Source of the DNA: an uncultured delta proteobacterium
GTDB lineage: Bacteria; Myxococcota_A; Polyangia; Fen-1088
NCBI GenBank assembly: GCA_963755125.1
Contig: CAVWIP010000016.1
Coordinates: forward strand, 1 to 64,000
Length of the DNA stretch: 64,000 nucleotides
Direction: 5' to 3'
Below the pieces are notes generated by a model. That model saw only the letters and a list, made by a program, of their open reading frames with translations, ran no database searches and was not told the DNA's origin. Below are positions 18,760 through 28,217 of the stretch, one piece after another (position 1 is the first letter of the stretch; every line of letters begins with the position of its first letter). The position numbers were made by a program, and so were the translations under genes.

Positions 18760-19749
18760 TCAATGAGTCGAGCAGGCCTGGGAGGTGCCCCACCAGTAGA
18801 TGGACGCATATGTGTACGTGCCCGCCGTGACCTCGAACTGGTAGCGGCCATTCACTGCGGTCAGGGCGCTGCCGCAGGAAACTGCCGTCCCGTTTACACT
18901 CACCGTCCTCCCGTCGTCATTCGAGCAGCCCCAGCCGGCAATCTCGTCACAGGTCACGAAACAATATGCGTCAGTCGTGCCGAAGTTGCCAGTGTTCCCA
19001 CCGCTGATAACCGAGCAGCTAGAGCCGACCTCGTCTCCTGCGTCGCTTGTGGCCCCGTCCTCGAAGATGAAGGAATCCACCAGTCCACTGTCCGTGGCGA
19101 CATCTAATGGGGCATCGACGACAACCGCTGGGGCGTCCTCCCCAGCTGCTGCATCGGCAATGATTCCCCCACCATCGCCTTCTGCGGACGCATCGGGTTC
19201 GGCATCCTCGGTTCCAGCGTCCGTCGAGGTTTCAGTACTGCCTCCACTGCCGGCCGTTCCGCCCTGACCACCGCTGCCTGCGCTGCCGCTGGTGCCACCA
19301 CTCCCGCCCGTTCCACCACCGCCGCCGGAACTGTTACTCCCACCGGAGCCGCCGCTTCCAGCCCCGCCGCCACTTCCGCCGGAACCGCCACTCCCAACGA
19401 TGGTGCCGCCACCGGAACCGCTGCTCCCAGCCACGCCGCTGCTCCCACCGGAGCCGCTGTTTCCAGCCGCACCGCTGCTCCCGCCGGAACCGCTGCTCCC
19501 AGCCGCGCTGGTGCTGCCACCTAACCCACTACTCCCGCCGGTGCTGTGTCCCGCTACGCTACTGTTGCCGCCGGAACCGCTGCTCCCAGCCGCGCTAGTG
19601 CTGCCACCGTGCCCACCGGAGCCGCCCGTCCCCGTGTGCCCGCCAGTTCCACCAGACCCACCCCCGCCGGAGCTAGAGCAACTGGCCGTAGCAGCGGCTA
19701 GAACCATCACGAACACGTACCCAGTGGTGTAAGAAGAAATGCGTTTCAC
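18760..19749 (-). CDS. Gly/Ser-rich lipoprotein with small C-terminal Trp/Cys domain
   Basis: AAGGAG RBS and GTG start; TASC; GSGGS repeats; C-terminal GNFGTT..YCF...IAGWGCSN.DGRTVSVNG...ASIYWW. Confidence 0.8.
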   Translation of the reverse strand: MKRISSYTTGYVFVMVLAAATASCSSSGGGGSGGTGGHTGTGGSGGHGGSTSAAGSSGSGGNSSVAGHSTGGSSGLGGSTSAAGSSGSGGSSGAAGNSGSGGSSGVAGSSGSGGGTIVGSGGSGGSGGGAGSGGSGGSNSSGGGGGTGGSGGTSGSAGSGGQGGTAGSGGSTETSTDAGTEDAEPDASAEGDGGGIIADAAAGEDAPAVVVDAPLDVATDSGLVDSFIFEDGATSDAGDEVGSSCSVISGGNTGNFGTTDAYCFVTCDEIAGWGCSNDDGRTVSVNGTAVSCGSALTAVNGRYQFEVTAGTYTYASIYWWGTSQACSTH

Positions 19750-19905
19750 GGCGCGCTCCTTGTTTGTTTGCCGGCTCAACACCCGATGTCGCGCAACCGG
19801 GAACGTTGACGGCTGAAAACCTGTCCATCGGGCTGATGTCACGATCAGTCGTGTTCGGATTTGGTCAGTTCCGCGCCGCCACAGATTTAGTGATGGGCAG
19901 TTCCC

Positions 19906-19979
19906 CAGTTAGCTATGTCCCGACGAATCGAGGCCGGTCCCATGAACCCGGGTCGTGCATACCGGGGGTGGGGGACCTC
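19906..19979 (+). repeat. Dispersed element, copy E
   Basis: CAGTTAGCTATGTCC...CCCATGAACCCGGGTCGTGCATACCGGGGGTGGGG. Confidence 0.7.
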
Positions 19980-20319
19980 GGCGACAAGAAATAACGCAGG
20001 AAATCAACTCGCCATGGTCTCCTCTTCCGCTGGCGGCCTTGCGGATCTGCCTCTTCCGCAGCCGACCGCCGCGAAACGCGGCCCAAAGACCGCGTACCTG
20101 CCTGAGCGTATCCGACGCAGCATGAAGGGGAGCGGGCTCGTTTCTCCTGCCAGACCCGGCAGACACAGTAGCACCTTCCGACATGGTCACAGAGTGACTG
20201 TTGCGCATCTGTTGCGTAATTGACTCCTCGATCGTCCTTGAAAGCGATCCCCCGTCTGCTACGGTCAGCCACTTTTCGGCCCCGCCACCGTCGGTGGGAG
20301 TCACAAGGAGTAGTACCCG

Positions 20320-21501
20320 ATGTACCTTGAAAGCCACAAACGATATCGCCTTTCCCTTTTGGCCGCGTTCTTCACTGTTGGCGCGGGCTGCGCAAGCGGC
20401 TCCGGCCCCAAAACCACCGCGAGTTCAGGCGGTGCCACGACCTCCGGCGGTAGCGGCACCACGGCGAGCGGAGGTGCTACCGGCTCGGGTGGCGCGACGA
20501 ACAGTGGCGACACGACGGGCAGCGGCGGAACCGGGGGAAGCGTGGTCGTAAATGGCGGTACAGGCCCAGCCAGCTTCCACTGCGTGAACTGGGGCGACCC
20601 AAGGGACAACTTTGTCGCCGGTCACCTGCTCCTCGACGGGATCACTTCGGACACGGAAACCTACGCAGGCGTCACGACCACGGCCAGCCTCGTTCTGGGA
20701 GCCTTCATCGACATCTTGAAGGCCAATTCCTTCCGCATGCCCATCAACGAGTCGACCGCTCTCGACAGTTGGTGGAGTTCATACAAGGCCATCATCGACG
20801 TCGGCATCGCCAAGGGAATGAAGGTGATCATCAGCTACTGGGCGGCAAACAAGTCCATTGGCATGCCGGCCGACATCCCCACGTGGTACAGCATGTGGAA
20901 GGTCGTGACTGACGCCTACGTGAACAATCCGCTGGTGTATTATGATATCCATAACGAGCCCCACGGATACACGCCCCAGGCGTGGATTGCCCAGGTCAAT
21001 GCCTGGATTGCGCAGTTCCCCAACGTGCCTAGCCAACAGATCATCGTGGCGGGAAGTGGCTGGGACGACAACGTCGCGGATGTGGCCCCTTCCTTCCCCA
21101 ACCTGATGATGGAGGTGCATGACTATGCGTTCAACAACACGAACCAGACGACCGTGGCGGCGTGGACCAGCGACGTGCTGAACCGTCTTGGCGACGCCAC
21201 CAGTCGCACCATCGTCGGCGAGTGGGCGGCCACGGTGACGGGGGTGGACTACAGCACCGGGGTCGACGGCGACAACAACAAGTCCTTTGTCGTCGGTGTC
21301 GCCGACGCGATCCATGACAACAACATGGGAAGCTGCTGGTGGACAGGTCTGTGGAACCCCAACCCAGGCGCAGGCTTGTGGACCCCTGCCGGAACCTCGC
21401 CGGACCTGCTCCTCATGACAGGGACCGGCAACAACCTCACGTTCACCATCCAGGGTCAAACCGCCCTCGACCAGGTTTGGCACTCGTGGGGCCTCCAGTG
21501 A
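20320..21501 (+). CDS. GH5 (cellulase family) glycoside hydrolase lipoprotein
   Basis: VNWGDPRDNF, FRMPIN, acid/base HNEPHG, VHDY, nucleophile VGEW; GAGC lipobox. Confidence 0.85.
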   Translation: MYLESHKRYRLSLLAAFFTVGAGCASGSGPKTTASSGGATTSGGSGTTASGGATGSGGATNSGDTTGSGGTGGSVVVNGGTGPASFHCVNWGDPRDNFVAGHLLLDGITSDTETYAGVTTTASLVLGAFIDILKANSFRMPINESTALDSWWSSYKAIIDVGIAKGMKVIISYWAANKSIGMPADIPTWYSMWKVVTDAYVNNPLVYYDIHNEPHGYTPQAWIAQVNAWIAQFPNVPSQQIIVAGSGWDDNVADVAPSFPNLMMEVHDYAFNNTNQTTVAAWTSDVLNRLGDATSRTIVGEWAATVTGVDYSTGVDGDNNKSFVVGVADAIHDNNMGSCWWTGLWNPNPGAGLWTPAGTSPDLLLMTGTGNNLTFTIQGQTALDQVWHSWGLQ

Positions 21502-21555
21502 GCTGAGTCCGCCGGCCGGTCACGTGCGTGCTCACGCCAGGGTCAGCAGGGTCAG

Positions 21556-22032
21556 CTACTCCAAGCAGTAGCCCGTGTTGTCTGTGAACCCTGGCACCTC
21601 CAAGCAGGGGAGACTCTTCGGGCAGGCAGAATCCACCACATCACACAGGATCATGCAGACGGTGCTTGCTTTTCCTCCGTTCCCACAGTAGTAGCCCTGC
21701 GCGCAGTCGGATTGCTGCCCACAGTTCGCCAACTCACCCCCGGTGCCAGTCGGTGCCAGACAGATTCCAACTCCGCGTGCCCCCGGATAGCAGACCAGCG
21801 CCGTGTTCCCACAGTCTTGCAGCAGTGGATGACAGGTCGACCCGCTCCCTGCCGAATCGCTCCCCGGGAGGGTAACCACACCGGAGTCGACCACGAAGCG
21901 GGTGGGCGGAGTTGCATCGATGGGCGGAGGTGGATTCGAGACGGCAGTGTTGTCATGCGCCACGCACGCAAGCGCCACGGCACATCCCCCCACGAATGCA
22001 GCCGCCAAGCCTCTCAAGAATCTAGGGTGCAT
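21556..22032 (-). CDS. Small Cys-rich lipoprotein
   Basis: MHPRFLRGLAAAFVGGCAVALAC; CHPLLQDC...CYP...C...DCAQGYYC. Confidence 0.7.
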   Translation of the reverse strand: MHPRFLRGLAAAFVGGCAVALACVAHDNTAVSNPPPPIDATPPTRFVVDSGVVTLPGSDSAGSGSTCHPLLQDCGNTALVCYPGARGVGICLAPTGTGGELANCGQQSDCAQGYYCGNGGKASTVCMILCDVVDSACPKSLPCLEVPGFTDNTGYCLE

Positions 22033-22088
22033 CTGCCCTCCTGCCTTCATGACCCGGGGAACATGATACCGCTTTTCGGATGCACAGC

Positions 22089-22126
22089 GGGTCATGTTCA
22101 CCGTGGACTTGATCTGCCAGGTCATG
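22089..22126. promoter_or_regulatory. Second copy of the palindromic box region
   Basis: GGTCATGTTCACCGTGGACTTGATCTGCCAGGTCATG, nearly identical to 9644-9680; lies between divergent genes. Confidence 0.6.
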
Positions 22127-22251
22127 GTTTCGCACCCGCCAGACTCACCGCCGTCATACAATGGGTAGCCGTGGGATGACGATTTGCGCGCTGAAGCCTT
22201 GGAATACAGAGCGTTCGGCAGATATGTTTCGCAGGACACGAGGTGGCGAAC

Positions 22252-23415
22252 ATGACTCAAACTCTTCAGCATCTGTGTTGCGTCCGAATTGGCGTAGGCA
22301 TCTCAGTGGCCATTACCTTTGGCGCCTGCTCAGCAGGCAGCGAAACCGCCACTTCCGGTGGAAGCACAAGCCCAGCTACTGTTAGATCAGGAGGCGTTGT
22401 CAGCACGGCCACGGGAGGTGCGGTTGGTTCGGGTGGGTCAAACGTTGGAGGTGGCGGAAGTGCCGGAGGGACCACGAGCGCTGGCGGCACGACCAACGCT
22501 GGCGGGTCCAGGTCGACCGGCGGCAGCACCGGCATCGGTGGATCTACTCCCACAGGCGGGACGACCAGCGCCGGATCAGGTACCATCAGACCGGACGCAG
22601 GAGTCGGAGTGGACGGAGGTGCCGGAGGCGACGGCGGTTGGTGGGCTCCGTCAGCGGGTGACATTCCCTGGCAGTGGGAACTGGACCATGCGCTCAGTCT
22701 TTCAAGCGCCGCAGACATGGGCACAGGGGAAATCACGTACACCGGCGCCGCGGCAGCCCCTCCGGTGGTCTACGACATCGACGGCTTTGACAACCCGGCA
22801 AGCACGATTACCGGACTCCACGCCCTGGGCGCTCACGTCATTTGCTACATCGAGGTGGGTGCTGCGGAGAACTACCGCCCGGACTATTCGCAGTTTCCTG
22901 CTGCGGCTCTCGGTTCCACCGTTTCGGGCTACTCGAACGAGAAGTATCTCAACATCAACGATCCAACCGTTCTGAGCGTCATCAAGGCGCGCATCGACAT
23001 GTGCGCGGGCAAAGGCTGCGACGCGATCGAGCCGGACATCGACGACTCCTACGCGAGCAGCACCGGTTTCACGATCACTCAGGCCCAAAACGTGACCTAC
23101 GACTCCACTTTGGCGACGTACGCGCACTCGAAAGGATTGGGCTGGGGACTGAAGAACGGAGACGACCCCACGTTCGCGAGCCAGATGCTTCCGCACGTGG
23201 ACTTCGTGCTCGACGAGCAATGCTTCCAATACTCGACGTGTGCGGCTTTCTACCCATCGTTCCGGCAGGCGGGCAAGGCCGTGTTCGAGGTGGAGTACCA
23301 GGATCAAGGCGGTCTGTCCCCGTCTTCCTTTTGCCCAACCGCCAACGCCTACGGCTTTAACTCGATCCAGTTCACCACGCCCCTCGACGGCACGTTCAGG
23401 GTTCCTTGTCGCTGA
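22252..23415 (+). CDS. GH114 endo-alpha-1,4-polygalactosaminidase-like lipoprotein
   Basis: WQWEL, YDIDGFD, VICYIEVGAAENYRPD, DAIEPD, GLKNG, EQCFQY, KAVFEVEY. Confidence 0.9.
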   Translation: MTQTLQHLCCVRIGVGISVAITFGACSAGSETATSGGSTSPATVRSGGVVSTATGGAVGSGGSNVGGGGSAGGTTSAGGTTNAGGSRSTGGSTGIGGSTPTGGTTSAGSGTIRPDAGVGVDGGAGGDGGWWAPSAGDIPWQWELDHALSLSSAADMGTGEITYTGAAAAPPVVYDIDGFDNPASTITGLHALGAHVICYIEVGAAENYRPDYSQFPAAALGSTVSGYSNEKYLNINDPTVLSVIKARIDMCAGKGCDAIEPDIDDSYASSTGFTITQAQNVTYDSTLATYAHSKGLGWGLKNGDDPTFASQMLPHVDFVLDEQCFQYSTCAAFYPSFRQAGKAVFEVEYQDQGGLSPSSFCPTANAYGFNSIQFTTPLDGTFRVPCR

Positions 23416-23825
23416 CCTTCGCTTCGCAGCGTCCTGGCCGCGATCCGTTGAAGGTGGCCACCGGAAATCTGGTTCACGCTGGTACCCGGTCAGGAAGTAA
23501 GCTGGGCTCTTCTCCCGCCGCCACGCTGTCGGCAAATTCGAGGCGAAAAAGCCAGAGCGTCCCCTCTGGCCGCCGTAGGCTACCGAGCAAGGTGGGCTGA
23601 TAGCCCACAGCGAGATGCGCTCCCTGGGGTGGCTGCGTCGACGGAGATCATCTCCAGACACACGACGCCTGGCGAGACTGATTGCGTCGGTGCCGTGTTC
23701 ACCCCCGAGCACCGCCTCAGAAATCTGAGACCTGGCCGTCATGTGGTTCATGGAAAACACCAGCGATTGCCTCAGCACGCCTGACATCATGAGGACTTGG
23801 TGAGCCTTCAAAGGCTGAAGGAACG

Positions 23826-23841
23826 TGGCACGATCATTGCT
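23826..23841 (+). promoter_or_regulatory. sigma54 -24/-12 promoter
   Basis: TGGCACGATCATTGCT, full consensus match. Confidence 0.8.
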
Positions 23842-23905
23842 GCTATTGGCAAAAACAGGCGCAGAAGTCATTCGGTATCGCGAGGCGCAAGCATAGGAGC
23901 CGACC

Positions 23906-24652
23906 ATGAAAGAGAAAGACATTCGAGAGCGAATCCACGCCTTCCTCAGGGACACAGTACGGTACGTCGTGGTGCCAGCTTCGATGGGGCTAGGGCTCGC
24001 GCTGGTGGGGTGCAGCGATAGCTCGTTGAACCTCAGCCCGGACGGCTCGGCGGACACGTCGCCTATTCCTACCGGCTCGGGAGGCTCTGGGGGAACGGGC
24101 ACCTCCACCAACATCGGAAACACGAGCACCGCGACCGGAACCAGTACTGCGAGCGGCCCGGTGGCTCTCTACATGGCGATCATGCCGGATGCGGCGGTCG
24201 CGCCCGACGGGAAGGCTTCTTCGACCAGGTCGGCAACGAGTACCGCTACCGAGACAGTCACAGCGGTACCCGCCTACATGGCGATCATGCCGGATGCGGG
24301 GACAACGGGCACCAAGACCGCCACCGCCTCGCAAACGTTTGGCTATATGTATATGGCGATCATGCCGGATGCGGGAAAGGCCGATGCAGGTAGCCCGGGG
24401 ACCGATGCCTCGCCTGTGCTGAAGTACAGTGCGGCGATGCCAGACGCCGGAGGAAGAGACGGCGGTGCGGTGGCTCTGTACATGGCGATGATGCCCGATG
24501 CGAGGTCCGCCCTGAAGGACGATGCGGCGATACCGGATGCCGGGCTTGTCGTGGCGGACTACATGGCCATGATGCCCGTGGAACCCTCATCTCACGACGC
24601 GGGTCGTGGCATTGTGGCCCTTTATGCGGCGCCAGTGCCAACCAACAAATAG
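23906..24652 (+). CDS. Lipoprotein-like protein with seven Tyr-centred YMAxMPD repeats
   Basis: AGGAG RBS; long leader ending LVGC; repeats YMAIMPDA x3, YSAAMPDA, YMAMMPDA, YMAMMPV, YAAPVP. Confidence 0.85.
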   Translation: MKEKDIRERIHAFLRDTVRYVVVPASMGLGLALVGCSDSSLNLSPDGSADTSPIPTGSGGSGGTGTSTNIGNTSTATGTSTASGPVALYMAIMPDAAVAPDGKASSTRSATSTATETVTAVPAYMAIMPDAGTTGTKTATASQTFGYMYMAIMPDAGKADAGSPGTDASPVLKYSAAMPDAGGRDGGAVALYMAMMPDARSALKDDAAIPDAGLVVADYMAMMPVEPSSHDAGRGIVALYAAPVPTNK

Positions 24653-24719
24653 TCAGACAGAACCCGTCCGGCACGCTGAACGGCCCGCACCTTCTCGAGT
24701 CGGTCGTGCTTGGACGGGC

Positions 24720-26301
24720 TCAGTCGACCTTCAACTGGCGACGAAGGATCTTCCCCGAGGGACCTCGCGGTAGGGCCGCCACGATTGTGATGCCGGCTGG
24801 TCGCAAGACAGGCGGAAGGCACGTCTTCAGATCCTCCGCAATAGAGACTTGCGAAACATCCCCAAAGCCCGTTCGCAGCTCGACAAACAAATGGACGGAT
24901 TGACCGTACTCAACGCTTGGCACCCCCACCGCGGCGCAGGCAAGCACGTACGGTCGACGGTTGACCGCGTCCTCGATGGTCTTGGGAAGCACCTTTTCCC
25001 CACCGCAAATGAGAATGTCGTCGGCACGCCCGTCCAGATACAGGCCGCCCGTCCTCGCCAAAGTGGGCGAGATCTCCGGTATCGACCGCCTCGCTTGCAT
25101 CCGCCTGGCCTTGCACCAGTTCACCACGCACACGAAGTCGGCCGATTTGTCCCGAACCGACGGGTGCACCGTCGCTGGTCTGCAAATCGACTGAGACCCC
25201 GGGCAAAGTCCGGCCCAAGGACGCGGGTGCGACGCGAAGATCTTCGGGGGTCGCGAGAGAAATCAGGCCCGCCTCGGTGGAGCCGTAGAGATTGAACAGA
25301 ACCGGACCCAATCGTTCAAGTCCCTGCGTGGCCAGGCCGGCGGTCAGCGGCGCCGAGCCACAGATCACCTGTCGCACGGTTGTCGTGCCGCCTTCCATTC
25401 CGCCTTCGAGCAGCCTGTGCAGAATCGTGGGTACCAGGACCACGACCCGGATTTCGTTCTGTGCGATGCAGATCAGCAGATCTTCGGCACGCGCCCGTGG
25501 AAAAATGAACAGGGGAGCGGCCAGGGCGAGACTCATTCCCAGGGTTGCCAGGCCGTGTCCGTGCAGCAAAGGAATCGTTAGCAAGGTGGGCTCCCCGCGT
25601 TTAGGCTGAAGCTGGTCCAACAGCGCGGTCACGGTGCGAAGGATCTGGCGCAGGGTGGGGCGGTGCCGAACCGCCCGGGCCGGGGCGCTGGTGCCAGAAG
25701 TCATGATGATGACAGCGCCTGCTTTCCTGACAAGACCAGGCATCGGCCCTCGTCGCCCAAGCCGTGGCAATTGGCCCAAATTCTCATCGACCAGTGCGGC
25801 CGCGGACACAACACGCCCCCTGAGTCCAGGGAACCGCGCCTCCAGGCTCGTGACCTGCGGGCGAAACTCGTCGTCGCAGATCAGAAGATCGAGGCGTTCG
25901 CTCTCACACAGGTGTGTGACTTGTTCCACGGCGAACGTCGTGCTCAGCAGTACGGCGTCCGCGCCCGCGCGGCCACAGGCCAGCAGTGCTTCAACAAAGA
26001 CCAGACTGTTTCGGCACAAGATGCCTACGCGGTGATGGGCGCCAAGGCCCAACGCCTGGGCCATCTGCACCGCGCGTCTTTCTAGCTGGCAGAAGGTGGC
26101 TCGCCGATGCGGATCGACAACGGCCACGGCATCGGGGAAGCGTCGCGCGTTCCACGCGACCAATGTGAACAAGGAACAGCCGCGACGAAGCAGCGTCCAC
26201 ACCAGACGCAGGATGGCCGCAAAGGGATGAGCACCCAGCAGCCCTGTGCGGCTCAAAGCGCGAAGGGCAGCTCGAATGACAGCAATCGACACGGATTGCA
26301 C
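24720..26301 (-). pseudogene. Acyl-CoA synthetase (AMP-binding) with one frameshift near 25045
   Basis: MTSGTS, YGSTEAG and DTGD in ORF 24910-26301; LYLDGRADD..GGEKV...LPRGPSGKILRR in the adjacent frame; may be a sequencing error. Confidence 0.8.
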
Positions 26302-26308
26302 CGGCGCC

Positions 26309-27148
26309 TCAATGGTCGCGTCGCTGGTCCAGGACCGTCAGGGTACGGTTGACCAGGGTTCCCAAGCAAAGCACGGCAATCTCGCACCACCACAACCACC
26401 AAGGGGCGATGCGGTCGACGGGCTTGACCGCAGCGCGGGCAATAACCTGGGCGGCCTCCAAGGGCGTGAGGGCGGGAATCCGGTCGTAGATTCCACTGGG
26501 GGCGATCATTCGGGTGCGGACCAATGGCATGTAGATCGACGAAACGAAAATCTTTCGCGGACGCAGTTCGCAGGCGATGCTTCGCAACCAGACATCGAAT
26601 CCGGTCTTGCTGCCCTGGTACGCTGACCACCTGGGCGCACCTGGCTGTCGGGCCGATACGGTTGATACGTTGATGATCTGTCCGCCCCCTTGTTCGATCA
26701 TGCGCGGCAGGAGCGCCATGATGAGCGCGGCTGGACTGGAGAAATTGACGGCCAAACAGCGCTCCAGATCGTTCCGCCCCCACGCATCGGCGATACGCCG
26801 CCGGATGGACTTGCCTGCGTTGGAAATCACCACGTCGATGCGGGGGTGCGCCGCCTGGATCCGGGCGGCCAAATCCGGCATCTGGTCCGCATGATAGAGG
26901 TCGCCGGGATAGGCAAAGGCTTGCCCACCCCGCCCACGGATTTTTTCGACCAATTCCCCAAGCTTGTCCTTGGTTCGTGCCACTAGAATCACCGTGGCCC
27001 CGGCATCGGCAAGCAGATGAGACGTGGCCTCTCCGATCCCGTAAGAGGCGCCGGTGATAACGACGGTCTTGCCCGCAACCGCCGAACGGAGACGTCTGGC
27101 GCTAGCACATCGAGGTGGCGAGAGCAGGATGCGGGAAAAGAGCGACAC
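26309..27148 (-). CDS. SDR oxidoreductase, fatty acyl-CoA reductase (Acr1)-like
   Basis: TGASYGIG, NAGKSIRR, YQGSK, IYMPLVRTRMIAP. Confidence 0.85.
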   Translation of the reverse strand: MSLFSRILLSPPRCASARRLRSAVAGKTVVITGASYGIGEATSHLLADAGATVILVARTKDKLGELVEKIRGRGGQAFAYPGDLYHADQMPDLAARIQAAHPRIDVVISNAGKSIRRRIADAWGRNDLERCLAVNFSSPAALIMALLPRMIEQGGGQIINVSTVSARQPGAPRWSAYQGSKTGFDVWLRSIACELRPRKIFVSSIYMPLVRTRMIAPSGIYDRIPALTPLEAAQVIARAAVKPVDRIAPWWLWWCEIAVLCLGTLVNRTLTVLDQRRDH

Positions 27149-27228
27149 GGGTCGCTGGAAGGCTACTCTCGGGGCCCTCGAAAGTCACCGCGTCGGCCGG
27201 CGGCCTGTCTCACTTGCGCACCGGCGCC

Positions 27229-28206
27229 TCAGTGGTTCGGGTGCGCCGGTGCAGATGCCGCTTTGCTGGTGAAACCGGGAAGGAAGAGGAAGTTGGGGAC
27301 CTTGGACCAGTCGCCGAGATAGATGTGGGTCTCGGTGCCGGCGAGCGCCTTCAGCGCCTCGTAGCCCTGGAGTTGAACCGCCAGCGGCGTCAGCGTCTGG
27401 TTGCGTGCCCTGGCCTTCTCGGCCAGCGCTTGCGCCTCGTACTTGGCGGCGTCGGCCTCGGCCTTGGCGCTAATGACCTTCTTGGCCCCCTCGGCCTCCT
27501 CGCGCAGCTTCTCGAGCTCTACCTGCTTCTTGGCGAGCTCGATCTCCTGCAGCTTCTCGCGCAGGGTGGCTTCGGCCTTCAGACGCGCCTGTTCCGCCTG
27601 GTTGGTGACTTCGAGCTTCTTGCGCATCGCCTCGTTTTCCAGCAACGTCTTCTGTCGGGCGGCGTCCTGCTCGGCAGCGAGCTTCTCGCGTACCGCAGTC
27701 ACGATCGCGTCGGCGTACTTCAAGGACTCCAGTGTCACCGAGGCGATTTCCAGGTGCTTGCCGGCGATGCGCCGGCGCAGATCGCGCTCCACCTCATCCT
27801 CCACCTGCTCGTTGCGCTTCATCAGGTCAAGGTAGCTGTGGCGCGCGAAAACCCCACGCGCGGCACTGCGGAATTCCGGTCCGATCACCTCGTCATAGAA
27901 GTTGGTCCCGATCTCGGTGTCCAGCTCGTACAACTCGGCGCGCACCGGACGGTAGATGACGGCAATCCTCAGCTCGAGCTGCAAGCCCTCCGCAGAAGTC
28001 GTGTGGATCTCCTCGCTGCGCGTGGAGTAGGTGACGTCGAAGTCCTCCATGCGACCCAGGAATCCGACATAATGCAGGCCAGGCCCCACCGGCTCCCGTT
28101 GCAGGGTGCCGCGGAACCGGTCGAAGTATAGACCGAGGTGCCCAGGCTCGACGGTCGAGGCGCACGCCGAGAACATCAAACACATCACTGCCACGAGTAA
28201 ACGCAC
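27229..28206 (-). CDS. SPFH/prohibitin family lipoprotein
   Basis: FSAC, VEPGHLG, SAEGL.L.L...V.Y, C-terminal coiled coil; AAGGAGG RBS. Confidence 0.9.
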   Translation of the reverse strand: MRLLVAVMCLMFSACASTVEPGHLGLYFDRFRGTLQREPVGPGLHYVGFLGRMEDFDVTYSTRSEEIHTTSAEGLQLELRIAVIYRPVRAELYELDTEIGTNFYDEVIGPEFRSAARGVFARHSYLDLMKRNEQVEDEVERDLRRRIAGKHLEIASVTLESLKYADAIVTAVREKLAAEQDAARQKTLLENEAMRKKLEVTNQAEQARLKAEATLREKLQEIELAKKQVELEKLREEAEGAKKVISAKAEADAAKYEAQALAEKARARNQTLTPLAVQLQGYEALKALAGTETHIYLGDWSKVPNFLFLPGFTSKAASAPAHPNH

Positions 28207-28217
28207 GATGACCTCCT

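Noticed and set aside
94..19979. Dispersed GTTAGCT-containing repeats as integron attC sites
   Set aside because: No upstream inverse core (RYYYAAC) or attC hairpin seen, blocks contain several genes in both orientations, and there is no intI.
23420..23800. Intergenic stretch as an ncRNA or gene relic
   Set aside because: No recognisable structure, repeat or protein motif by eye.
22702..24129. Long ORFs overlapping real genes (22702-24129, 32233-33588, 36000-37337, 46364-47881, 53871-55328, 59395-61212)
   Set aside because: Antisense or alternate frames that stay open in high-GC DNA; the overlapped genes carry clear family motifs.
24170..24640. 25 bp direct repeats (TACATGGCGATCATGCCGGATGCGG) with unique spacers, as a CRISPR array
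   Set aside because: Periods are irregular (105, 75, 75, 54, 81, 63), all multiples of 3 within one ORF, and the repeats vary at codon level; no cas genes.
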